Assembly (NCBI GenBank): GCA_037447605.1
Contig: CM074814.1
Coordinates: forward strand, 1,736,001-1,800,000
From: Zygnema circumcarinatum SAG 698-1b
Taxonomy: Eukaryota > Plantae > Zygnematophyceae
Direction of reading: 5' to 3'
Length of the DNA: 64,000 nucleotides
Shown here: piece by piece, positions 14,700 to 27,107 of the stretch
Position numbering within the stretch: position 1 is the stretch's first letter
Layout: every line of letters starts with the position of its first letter
The notes under the pieces: generated by a model
The model's database searches: none
The model's input: only the letters and a program-made list of their open reading frames with translations
Told to the model about the DNA's origin: nothing
Position numbers and translations under genes: made by a program

Positions 14700-15012
14700 G
14701 TCATTGCTGACGCGTGGCGGCGCAAACTTGGAAACCTTCAAACTTTTTACAAGGGCAAATTTTTCGACGTGTTGCTTGCTGACACGTGGCTGATACGTTT
14801 TGCTTTCACGGTTCTAAAAGTCCGAGTTTTAAAACGAAATAGAAACAGGTCGCACTTGCGGCCATCCATCTTTTTGCTGACACGTCACGGCTCACATTTG
14901 CAAACTAACTTTTGCATTTGCAAACTTTTTACAAGCGGAAAATTATTCGACGACTTGCGTGCTAACACGTGGTAATGAAATCACTCAACGAATTCTATGC
15001 TGACACGTGGCA
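14700..15012. promoter_or_regulatory. Cluster of ABRE/G-box-like ACACGTGG motifs in degenerate short repeats
   Basis: TGACACGTGGC at ~14780 and ~15001, TAACACGTGG at ~14963, variants at ~14708 and ~14878; CAAACTTTTTACAAG occurs twice. Confidence 0.4.
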
Positions 15013-15063
15013 CACTTTTGCAGATGCACAAACGACGGCACTTTTCTGTCGTCTGCAAATTGT

Positions 15064-15137
15064 CCGTACCGGATGGCTTTGTACCGTACAGTACGGTACC
15101 ATATCCGTACTGTATGTTGCCGTGTGTTGTCCGTACA
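15064..15137. promoter_or_regulatory. Dense GTAC/CCGTAC cluster (SBP/SPL-type binding cores)
   Basis: GTAC at 15066, 15081, 15086, 15091, 15096, 15107 and 15133; palindrome GTACCGTAC-A-GTACGGTAC at 15081-15099. Confidence 0.5.
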
Positions 15138-15415
15138 GTGACCATACAGTAATCAGTTGCAGGATCGGTTGGCCCGGCCGTGTGCTCGATGACGTCACTC
15201 ACACGAGGGTCGCTGTATCGCCATATCGCGATATCCTTCCCTCTCCCTCTCCGGTTGAGCGAGGCGCAGAGGGAGAGAGAGGGGGGAGGAGCGGAGCGAC
15301 GCGGGAGGGGAGAGGAGAGGCCGCGCACGCTCAAAGGTCGTGGGAAAAATCGCACATTCTCACTCATGCACTTGAATTTCGCAGTTCATTGTCAGTGGAT
15401 TCATTGTTTTTTCTA

Positions 15416-15456
<41 letters not shown>

Positions 15457-15935
15457 GTTTTTACGTGCTTGTTTATTCTCCTTGATCAAGGCGAGTTTGC
15501 TCGGCCCTCTGTGTCTCCGCTTCTCCATTCGCTTCCGCACGCATTCCTCAAACACATCTTCCTCGCACATTTTTTTTCTCACACATTACCGTTCTTTCTG
15601 TATTAACATAGCATAGCTTATTCTTCCCTGCTTCTGCCTCTTTCACCTTCAATTTTATTGAAAACTCTTTATTGAAAGAAAAAAATACGACGTGTCTGTG
15701 TGTGAGAGACAGGCGAGCGGACGCCAATGGTCTGCCTCCGGTGATGGTCTGCACTACTATGGAGCCTCCTGCAAAAGCAAAGGACGACTCCTGGTGGGAG
15801 GCCATTGTGTTGGGCATCTTCGCCTCTGGCGTCAATGTGGGTTCAATGTCCCTGCCTGCCTTTGCCCCTTCATTCTGACTGCATCGCTGAGCGAGCAGTG
15901 ATGGAAAACAAAGGAAAAGGCCGTGAGACAACCTG

Positions 15936-16175
15936 ATGAGCCTCACAGAGAGGTGTTGTCGCTGTGTGTGGTCTGCAAGACAGAAGCCGACGGCAATTGC
16001 TCTCAACGTGGTGCTGGTCGTTCTCCTCGTGGTTCTGCTGGTTCTCTGCTATGTGGCCGCGGGCTACGGAGGTTGGCTGGTGCTGCATGCGCTGTTCTTA
16101 CTATCCCTAGCAGGAGGGCTATTGGTGCTGATAAATTGGTGCGTTCACAAGTCCAGAGCTCTTAATCCTGGTTAA
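15936..16175 (+). CDS. Putative small two-TM membrane protein (79 aa), function unknown
   Basis: ATG-initiated ORF with Cys-rich N-terminus and two hydrophobic stretches, downstream of a CT-rich 5'UTR-like tract; no family recognised. Confidence 0.35.
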   Translation: MSLTERCCRCVWSARQKPTAIALNVVLVVLLVVLLVLCYVAAGYGGWLVLHALFLLSLAGGLLVLINWCVHKSRALNPG

Positions 16176-17510
16176 TGCTGGTTGATTGTAAACCAAAACC
16201 TTCAGTTTGCCTTCATTGACTGAAAGTTTTGATTCCAGGGCGTCAGAGTTATTGCCGCTTTCCATAAGGTGTGCATATCATTGTAATTGGTGTTTCTTTC
16301 AACCGCAATAGCTTGTTCCTTTTGATTGATTGGCTGTCCTTACATGCAGTAGCCCAATTTAAACAGGTTTGAATGCTTTATCTGTATGAGAAACTCCATT
16401 CCATCGTCATCACCATCGCAGCAAGTCACCTTATCAGTTGAGGTTGCTGTGCAGGTTCATTGCAGAGACAGGTCTCGTGTCAACGGGTGAGCAAGCATTG
16501 GAGCTCCAAGGTCCCTCTGAGGGCGTTGCTGCGGTTCACGCAGAGAGATTGAACTCTGACCAAACAAATGACATTTTAGAGGCAAAAAAAAGCCAATAAC
16601 TTCTGCAACCTCAAGGTGGGAAAGAACATTCTGCAAAGCAGTGCTCTCGGGTACTTTTGACTTTCGAGCTAGCCTTGTCTTTTAAAGGACTCTCCAGGCT
16701 ATTGAGCTTCATGCTCTAACACAGTATGAGGATAGCGCAAATTATTTTCATTTTTTTTTTTTTTTTTTTCTTATGTTGATCAACAGGATTGTTTAGTCGA
16801 CCGAACTTTAAAAAAAAAAAAAGGGGTCTAATGTACAAATGTATCCACTCCCAATTTTCCTTTTACGCAAACGGCGGGCCACGTTTTTTTCATAGCGGTC
16901 ACTCTTGAAATATTCAATGCTTATTTTTCATTCAGTCAAAATAGCTTGCCATTACAGTTTACTTTTACCTCGATGACCACTAAGTTGTTGAATAGAAGAT
17001 TCTTGAGAGCAGACTATCTATCTCCGACTTGGAATGCTAAAGGATTTATTCCCAGCAGAATTTTGAGCTGTTTGAAACAAGTCATACATTTTGACCGCTA
17101 AAAAATCACCTGTCCTTCTCGACGACGAAAGTCAATGGTGCTCTCGCTCTTATTTCTTGCGTTTCCTCATGATTCTACGCTTTTTGGCCGTGTTAAAGTT
17201 ATTTCTTTCTATGACGGACCTGTTAGCGAGGGCTCCAAACAAGTGCCAGACGATTTTTCTTTCCCAAAGAATACGCACAGAAAGTAATAGGAAAAAATGG
17301 AGCACTCTTTTTTCAAAAGAGGCACTTAACAGGCTGTGCTTTTCACCAGACAGTGATAACTGCAATCTACTTCATAACAGACTCGCGTTGAAACTGCACT
17401 TTGAGTGAGAGATTGAGAGCGCGCGCGATAGAGAGAGAGCGTGTGATAGAGAGAGAGAAAAAAAGCGATCGATAGAGTGGGAAAGTGCGCAATTGAGAGA
17501 GACGGAAGGG

Positions 17511-20500
17511 CTAAGAACTTGTAGGAGTGACTAAAGGTTGCAACTGCCGGAGCCGATTCCTCACAATGGCGAGCTTTTCCTCCGCCTCTGCCGCCTGTCC
17601 CCTCACTCCCTCTACCACCGCTGCCGGAGCCTTCTCCACAAACTGCATGTCAGACGAGGGAGGGAGTCAGCAGGCTGAGAGCAATTATGGTTCTCTTCTC
17701 TCCAACAGGGGATTGCAGACTTCAAAAAACGATGCGGAATTTCTCCTGAAGGAAGTTCTTATCATTTCGGCGTTACCACGATGTCTTGGGACAGCGAGTA
17801 GCGATTTCGAATTCCAAAAGTACGACTTTTTTCTACGACTGCGACCCCCTATTGGAAACGACTTTTGAACTGCTCCGAACAGAAGGGGATAAGGGGATTG
17901 GAGGCCGTACCGAGGGAGAGGAAAGACGGCGAGCAAAGCCGTCAACTTCTGCCTGAAGCTTGCCAGCCTGCTTGCCAAGGCGGTCCACCTCCTTGCTGAT
18001 GTCCACCATGCCCGCAAGCGGAAGGTACGCTTCCAACCCCTCACTAACAACCAGATGCACAGCTTCCTGTGTGTCGGCTGCATTCGGATTCCGTTTCCCC
18101 GTGTTAGGTATGGATGCAAAGAAATGAGACAATGAAGGGCAATGTTGAACAATTGCCAAACAACATGCTGAATTTGCTTGGTTCAGACCGCACATGGCGA
18201 AAGGACGTGCGTTTGAGACTGCGTTTCTTAGAAGACGGCGTGGTTTGGACTACCTGGGGTGGTGCTGGTGATGTGCAAATGTTCGGGATCCAATCGTGAA
18301 AGGGACGCAATCACTGCTCTCTCCTCCTGCATTGTTAGAAAACCGAGTTCGCAATGCTATGTAAGGAACAGATGGCTCTGCTGGTGAAAGGAAACATCTT
18401 TGTTCCAGTTTCCTTTGTTTCTTCAGAAGCTTCTAAGGAAATCACTGATAAATGGCAGCGATCAAAGTCATTACCCAACAGTCAGAAAGCAAAGGCCATA
18501 ACGAGCGAGCCGGGTAATCAACGAAGTTGTTAAGGCTGAATTACAGATACAAACAATACCCTGTGAGTGGTCTTGTGACATACCTCAATAAATGGGAGTG
18601 ACGAAGGGCGAGCAACAACGGTCGCCGCTATCCTCTTTGCTGGTTCGACTGTATACTCAGCTCGAGCATTTCGCACACTTCGAATCTGAATTCATCGACT
18701 CCCCACTATGTTCAAAATGAGGAGTGACGAACAGTAGAAGGAAACGAGGTACCCATTTACCAGAACCACAGAGAATGAAGCAGCAAAAATGAAATGAACA
18801 TTTCTCACCAAGCTCCATAGGAAATTACCCTTTCTACAGCATTCTAAAGAGGCACTAAACCTGAGGTAGCCAGCAGCTGGCAAACAGCAGAAATTGAATT
18901 TTTAAACAGCCCATTTGGTGACGATGAAGGTAAAGGCAAAGGCGAAGGCGAAAGCGAAGTACGCACAAGGTCTCGAAGCTCCTCAAATTGTTCTAATGAA
19001 GCTGCTTCTTGCGGAAGGCCCTGACTGGGCCATGTCGCAATCACAAGGGCACTTCCCCGATGAGGCATAGCCTGCAGCCAAACATACCGCAGACTAGCTA
19101 AAGTATGTGAATATGTTCGTAAGGCTCAACATATAGCATATAGGAGGGTAAGAAGTAGTTCTCGAATGCATAGTCCACTTGAATAGTGAAGCATAGCATG
19201 CCTTGATCATCCGGCAGAGGTGCACCCCACCTGCCATAGTCTCTCGGTGACATAGGGCATGAAGGGATGCAGCAAACGGAGCACGGTGTCGAATGCATAC
19301 ACCAACACACTCTGCGCTCGGGGTGCTGCATGAGGGTCCTCATTCTTGTATAGGCGGGTCTTGCTTGCCTCTATGTACCTGCGCATAAATGCAGCTCACT
19401 CTCAGCTTCTTAAAGTTGTATAAGTGTTTCAAATGTCCGAAGAGAATGATCATCTACGAAAGTGCCTTACCAGTCTGCAAAGTCGCTCCAAAAGAATTCG
19501 TACAAATCGCGGCCCACTTCGCCAAACTCGAGCTTCTCGTATGCTATTGTTGTTGAGTCCACAAGGCCATGGAGTCGTGTTAACTGCAACAACGAACCTC
19601 ACTGTTATAAACAAAAGTCTACACTATACATCAAATTATGCGAGGGGGGTGGCATGAAGAAATTCCCGTATAGCAAGTGGAGATCGAAGAGCCTTACCAC
19701 CCAGCGCTCAGCAAGTGGAAGGCTGGCAACAATCTCGGGCTCGTCAAACTGCACACAGACAGAATATGGATCACCTTAGCAAACTTATGTTGCAGAGTAT
19801 ACTTATACTTCCATTTCAGGGAAAGACGAGAGCCAAGACAAGGAGCCGATGGACTACATCTATGCATCGAACTCCAATGACTCACACATAGCTTGCTATA
19901 ATGCAACTGCAATCGAACATCAATTGCAGAACTAGAAAAGAGGGACATGCTTTAACTGTCAGAATTCAGATAGAAAGGGAAAGAGCGGGAAGAGAGACCA
20001 CCATCTATGAGAGTATGTGTTCTCACTTTGACTGACCGTAGAGATTCCCATTCACTGGATGATCTCTCCGGCAAGTTTTGTAGAATGAACTTTGCAGCAT
20101 TCCACAGCTTGTTGGTAAACGCCTTGTTTGCACCCAGTCGCTCCATTGATAGATTCACATCCTGCCCCAAGGTTATGTTTTGCATGTCATTTTCCAAATG
20201 GCACAATTCAGCTTTTGAGAACTCCCTCTGCCAGCCCCCCTTTCTTCACATGCGCTTGCCATTACTTTCTGACGAAGGCAAAAGTAGTTTGAAGTCGCAA
20301 CAGACCTGGCCAGGTGTTGTGCCAGTAGCAAGGGTGAAACGCAGAGCATCGGTTCCAAATTCTGCGATGGTGTCTAGAGGGTTGATTACATTTCCAAGCG
20401 ACTTCGACATTTTACGTCCCTGCATTCAAAGACACAAACTTTCCTGAACTTAGTCTCTTCTCCTCACCATTCACTTCAGCATTCAACCATCATCACCAAC

Positions 20501-23500
20501 GACAATGGCCTCTTCTTAGTAAAACGGGCGGTCCATTAAGAGTGGTTGCACCCACCTGCGCATCTCGTACAAGACCATGGAGGTAGACGGTCTGGAATGG
20601 CGGCTGACCAGTGAACTCAATGCCCATCATAATCATTCGAGCGACCCAAAAAAAAAGAATGTCGTGTCTGCATCATGACCACCGACGTTAGCTTTAGCGG
20701 CAATAACTGCAGGACGAGGAAAACATCCCGTCGTGTAGACCTTACGGATTCAGATTCATATGCGCTAATACAAATAAGATAGAAGGCTTTCACTTCTCTG
20801 CATTCAATCTTCACGATAAGGCCGACTTACCCTGTCTCCAGAACGGAAGCTGGATAGAAACGCGCAAAATCCTTTCCAGTTTCATCAGGCCATCCCACAG
20901 TGCTGAATGGCCACAACCCACTGAAACCAACATCCAATTTTCCAGCATGGTAAGCCAAAGGATTAAAACGATTACTAACGAACAAACAGTACAAACAATC
21001 TCCTCCACCAACCCTTTGTTCTCGAAGGCTTTTGGTTTTCTTTTGGTTTGGGGATATAATTACCTGGAAAACCACGTATCAAGCACATCCGGATCCTGCT
21101 CCAATGTCACGTCTGCTCCATACTTAGCGTAAGCTATCTTGTAGGCCTCTTCTTCGCTTCGTGCCACCACAAATTCCTCATTGCTTGCTGAATCCCCCTC
21201 TCTTCTCACATACCACACAGGAATCCGATGGCCCCACCAAAGCTGTCGACTGATGCACCAATCCTTCACGTTCTCCAGCCAGTAGTTATAGATCTGTCAC
21301 AGATGATGTAGCCCATATTTCCGTACTTTAGAAATCTCCAATTGATAAATGGGAAGCAATGCTCCATGATTGTATGTATACCCCCGCATTCTCGCCGTGG
21401 TTACAGCTCTAAGCAGCAAATCAACACCTTCACATCCTTCAATAATTCCATAATCTCACCTTCTCAAACCGTTCTGGAATTATCCGCAGGCTGCCATTTC
21501 GTACCGCTTCGAGAGCGGGCTCAGCTAATGGCCCCATCTTTACAAACCACTGTCTGCTAACAAGAGGCTCCACAACCTGCAGCAGGACAAGCTGCCATGT
21601 CTTCAATTGTTCTAAACACAAAGAGTGGGACTTCAACCAAAGTGACCTGCCCTCAGCCTCAAGAATAGGACCATAGACTATGGCTTAACTGCGGAAACAT
21701 AGCATCCTGTCGAATGCTCTGACCTTCAGAAAGTGGAATCTATTGGAATCTATGTTTCCTACCTCTCCCCCTCGCTGTGACCGCGGAACTCGCAGATTAT
21801 GCGGCTGAGTTTTGATTGCAAGTCCGGCTGCCTCAAGGTCCGCCCACAGCTTTTCCCTTGCCTCAAACCGGTCCATTCCACTGCCAACAGCATGCCCATA
21901 ACTCATTAGAAAAAAACCATACGTTGAAGAATGAATGACCTCTAACTTCAACGTGAGTCAGCCCAAACTAGCTTCCAGAGATGTCTTTTCCCAATCAGTA
22001 TGTGAACGAGTACACACCTATAGGCCCCGGCATTCTCATTGAGGCTGCCGTCTTTTGCCATTATGTTGATGATCGGCAGACCGACACGTTGCCCAATTGC
22101 ATAATCATTTGGATCGTGTCCTGGAGTGATTTTCAGAGCTCCCGTCCCAAACTCGCGATCTACATACTGTTCCCCATAGCACAAAACTAGCCAGTGTAAG
22201 TATACCAGCAGAAAACTGCTGGCCTACAGAGAAACAACACATAATCCTGGGGGTTGAACTGCTGCTCTTGGCAAAGGACTCCTGTGTTGTATAGGTGAAA
22301 ATCAGACCTCGTCTGCAATAATGGGAACTTCACGCCCTCCACTCATAGGCACGACTGCTTTCCTTCCCACATATTGACGGTAGCGATCGTCCTGTTTCCA
22401 AATCCGAACAAACCCTTCACACGCTCAGAGCAGAGAACTTGAAAAACCAGAACAACCAGACGTAGCAGCAACTTGAAAGGTTGAATCCTCTGAGAGACAA
22501 GGAGTTGTAACAAGAATGCATAGCTTTGCAAAAGTTTCTCTCAGCAAGAAGACACCTCAGGATGAACTGCCACAGCAGTATCTCCCAACAAAGTTTCCGG
22601 ACGAGTTGTTGCCACAGGAAGGTAGTCTTCTCTGCGAATCACATAACACAAAAGTAAATGCTTGCTATACAGACAACATCCAGTCGTTGCAGAAGGCTCT
22701 TATATTTTTTTATATGTGCCACTGAGCCTGTAACTAGCTTACAATACAATAGAAGCAGCCTATGAAGCCCAGAAAAGGGAACACTTACTCAGATCCTCCA
22801 GCAACAGGGTATTTGAAAAAGTACAGACGACCCGCCTCCTCGCTATATTCCACTTCCTGCCGGTATCTGCCATCCCCAGTGAGCTCTTTGGTGTAGGTCC
22901 TGATTCGGCATGCTCAGAGAAGGGAGTGTTCTGCATCTCACGACAGCTGAGAGGCAGGGGAATGACGATAACAGTGCTTTACAGACAGTGGTTTTGTCCC
23001 GCAGTGCTGCTCATACTTAGAAGTGCACCATGGCTGAGCCTCTTTATAGTCAAGCAGTCTATTCTTTGCCATTCTGTTCGCTACACCGAGGGAGCACATT
23101 CACCCACCAGGTCTGAGACGGCTGTTTGCAGATGGGGTGACCAGTTCACCATGTAAGTTCCTGCAAGCCTCATGTCACAAATTGCAAACATGATTACACG
23201 AGCAGCAGGAATTAGACTTCTGCTTCATAGAAGATGCAGCACAGCTAACTTTCGCTAATGGCAGTCTCAGCAGGTCCTTACCGCGGTAAATGAGACCCTT
23301 CTCATGCAGTCGCCAGAAGGCCTCCACAACCGCTTCTGTTGTCTCAACCGCCATATGGAGCACCCTGATTAGCACAAAGGATTCATCACAAAAGAATCCC
23401 TAACGACCTCTGAAATGGTTTTCTTTAATACTACAATAACGAACTCATGCTCTATCTCTTCACTAATGGTATGTTGGGTTTGAGGTATTACATCATTCCT

Positions 23501-26500
23501 CCATAACTTCAGATAGATGCTCCGGAAATTCTCAACAAGCAACTAACAGCAATATAAAGCACTCACTGCTGAGCTGAGGATCAAGAGTGAAGCGCTCTCT
23601 CGACCAATCACAAGAAGCTCCTAGACGACGAATTTGGCCAGCAATAGTTCCTCCATACCTACAACAAAACAAAGCTGCACTTCAGCAATTAGAAATTTAA
23701 CCAAAAGTTTAGTTTCTAACTTTAGGAAGGTACAAGCAGATGGCTGTTGAAAAGTACTCCTGACAAACATGAAACTCGAATGCAAAACTTACGTGCACTA
23801 CCTGCAGCAGCATTGAATGGAGACACTGCAGTCCGACAAGATAATGCTGTTGGATTATGGCGTTTGCAAGGTTTGTGCTCAACTTAAATCTAAAGACTCC
23901 TTATCGTCAGGTGAGAATAGGATCCGCGGAATACCAGAATTCAAACAAGGCATGCTTGAAAAGCTAGCAAATATGAACCAAACTTTGCCCGCAAAGCTCC
24001 TGTGCGAGAGAGGAGGGAGTTCTTCAAGGGCAAAATCGCAAATCTCACTCTTCTTTCCACTGCCACACACGTCGAAGGAACTCCTCGCGGCCGAGCTCTG
24101 TCCGTTTGATGCCCTGCGCAGAGAGCATCTTCTCCACCACAAGCTGCAGAGTCCACCCCTTCGTTCCCCCAAACGTCATTCAGTTGTACACCCGAGTCAT
24201 ACATAGACAGCACAAAGGAAGAGTGGAAATGACTCAAACATGCCAATGAGGAAGAAGACGAAAGTGAAGTTGAGGTTATGCAACAGAGGAGAGGCTACAA
24301 TCAGCAAAGAAGGAAAGAGCTTGTTAGTGAAATGAATAACTTACTAAAAAAAAACCAACTGCGTAAAGCCAAATAGACGACAACAAATGCAGGAAAAGGT
24401 GAGATAAGAGAAGATCCCCAGCATGTAACGACGATAGCCACCCAAGGAAGCATGATTTCAAACAACCATCACAACAAAAAGTCCTTTCCGTTACAGCCCA
24501 TTGTAAAGATGCAAGCACAAAGGACTGCCCTTACTGTGAACCAACTCGCAACGAGAGCACTTTGAGTATGTTGCAATTGCTTCATACCTTAGCCTACGTC
24601 ACAGGATAGGTTTTTTTTTTTTTTGGATAAGGTATTGACCACCAATGGCTGCTTCGTGGCTCAAAGGGAAGAGCGATTCTTGAAGTACTATAAAACTACC
24701 CTTTTTGAACATTTGGATTTTGGGCACTTATTTTTGTCCACTCTAATCGAATTAAATTGAACATGGGATTCGGAGACTTGAAATTTTCTTGTGTTGAAAA
24801 TCACAATTTTTTTTGTACAGTAAAGGAAAACTTTTTGAACAGTTGAACATGTTTTCTCGCAATTATTGTTTGTTCGGTTTAATTCATGAGATTCAAAGGT
24901 TTGGATTTTCTTAAAGTGAAATATTTGATCTTTTTCATAATTGCTTCAAATATTGAATCGGGTATGAAGTAGGTATTCAATTGAACAAGAAAGGATAACT
25001 ATTTGTTCAATACCAAGCCAATTCAAATGAAATTTGTCATGACATTCTGGCTAGAAACTACTGAGACTTGAGACATTGAAAATAAGTACTTAGTCAAATG
25101 TTCGAAAATATTAGTTTTACGGTAGCTCAGGAGTACTTGTACATGGTCAACCAGAGCTCCACATACATAGACTTCAGGGTTAGGGTTAGGGTTGAGGGTC
25201 GAGGGTTAGGGTTAGGGTCCCCCCCGCCCCAATGCAGCCAATGTTGCCAGCACCTGTGTGGCGATGCCGGCGTGGTCTGTCCCGGGAAGCCAAAGAGTGG
25301 GACGCCCCCGCATGCGCCAATGGCGAGCCATAATATCCTGCGCGCTCCCAGAGTTACCCTCTCCACTTCAGCATGGAAACAGCTTCAGTTGCCACTCAAT
25401 GCCATTAATGCTGCTACAAGGTGTAATTTCACAAGCAAAATTGTCTCAATGGGTTTATTGCAGTCCGCTGGATAAAGACTGTCCACCATAAGCATGCCAC
25501 ATCGATAAGATATGTATTTCGGCAGATAATATTGCCTGTAGCGTGATGTTCTGTCAGGACAGAGAAGAAGCTGACCTCAAGGGTAACAAACATGGCGTGA
25601 CCCATGTGGAGTGCGCCAGTCACATTTGGTGGCGGCATCGGGATTACAAAGGGCTCCCCTTCACTTTCAACTGAAGGGGAGAAGTATCCCTGCGCCTCCC
25701 ACCTGCTCCTCCCAGTACGCACTACGCGCCGTCAGTTGATGGCAACGCACCACTCAGCAATGTCATCTAGCGCCCGAACGTGAAAGCCTGTACATTGGCC
25801 GCTTCGACTTCAAGCCGGAAACGTGCAAATGTGTTACAACAAACTCGTTGCTAGAGGAAGAAAAATATATGCTCAGGTGTCAATTGGCTCTTCAACGACA
25901 AGAAGGAGGAGCCTACCATTGGTAAATGCTCTCCTCTTCCTCGAAGCTGAAGATTTTAGGTAGCTCTTCTCCTATCGGGAATGCAATTGCAGGGCCTGCT
26001 GCTCACCGGAAAAAAAAAAAATCAAAATGCATGTGAACTAAAGCTTTACAAGAGAGCCGGGCTATGCAATCGTTCAAGTCTCTGCAGACTGACATAATAT
26101 GGAAATCAAGCTAAAGTAAGCAATTAATATCAATTCATTATTAAAATACGATACGCTTACTGCCTGCATTGGACCATCTGTCAGACGTGCAGGGGAAGGT
26201 GACCGGGTTAAGCTCCTTCACCTGCTGTGGTCTGTCGCGTGGCTCCAGCAGCCATTTTCGCATGAACGCGTCTATCCCACCTACGAGCTCCCACTGCATT
26301 TTCTCTATTTGCACCCCACAGCAATTCTTTCGACCTAGAGCCAAATGATACGTCCCTGCAGATGCTTGTGGAGCCACAGCCATGGCTGCTGAGGGTTCTC
26401 TTGATAGAAAAAGAAGTGAGTATTGATCCTGCAGCCCTGGTGCGCTGTAATGCTCTGAGAGCCGGCCGAAGGAGGCGAGTGGGCCGACAGGCCCCTGCTT

Positions 26501-26531
26501 GCAGGGAGGCGCAGGCGTTGAGCGTCGCCAT
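17511..26531 (-). CDS. ValRS: Valyl-tRNA synthetase, organellar (plastid/mitochondrial) type, multi-exon
   Basis: Transit-peptide-like first exon; [92 protein letters not shown]-terminal [14 protein letters not shown]; stop at 17511-17513. Confidence 0.95.
25173..25218 (+). repeat. Interstitial telomere-like TTAGGG tract inside a ValRS intron
   Basis: TTCAGGG TTAGGG TTAGGG TTGAGGG TCGAGGG TTAGGG TTAGGG. Confidence 0.7.
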
Positions 26532-27107
26532 GTCGGGAGGGAGGGAGAGCCCCTGGAGGGAGGGGCTGCGTCTAGCTCCAGGCCGGACGGTTTCAAGGAT
26601 CCACCTCCAGATCGGACTCCCAAAAAGATGTGGATGTGGATGCGGATGTGGACTCCGACGACTCTGGACCTTTGAACAGTGTTCGATTGACTCAAATTGG
26701 AGTTGATCCCTGGCCCATTTTGGAGTTACTGTACTGTACAGTATTCAGGGCTTGACAGTTGGATCCACTCTTGACCAATTAACGTACAGAAACTATCCTC
26801 GCCGGATGGGGCACGGCAGGTCAACTTCTGCTTTTGGCCACGTGGTGGCAGCTGGTTCGTCCACGTGGCGTCCTCGTGGCGGTCACACTTTCTTGAAAGA
26901 CGCTGCCACGTGGCGCCTGCGGAAGGTGCGGAGGGGGGTGAGGAAGGTTGGGGGTGTTCAGGGGGCGCAGAGAAACCGTCTAGCTGGTTAGGGAACAGGC
27001 GGGGAGAGAGAGAGAGGGAGAGAGGGAGGGAGGAAGGGGGAGGTGGGGGAGGTGGGTGAGGGGGAGGTGGGGGAGGGCCAAACAGGCAGGCAGGCAGGCA
27101 TGCAGGC

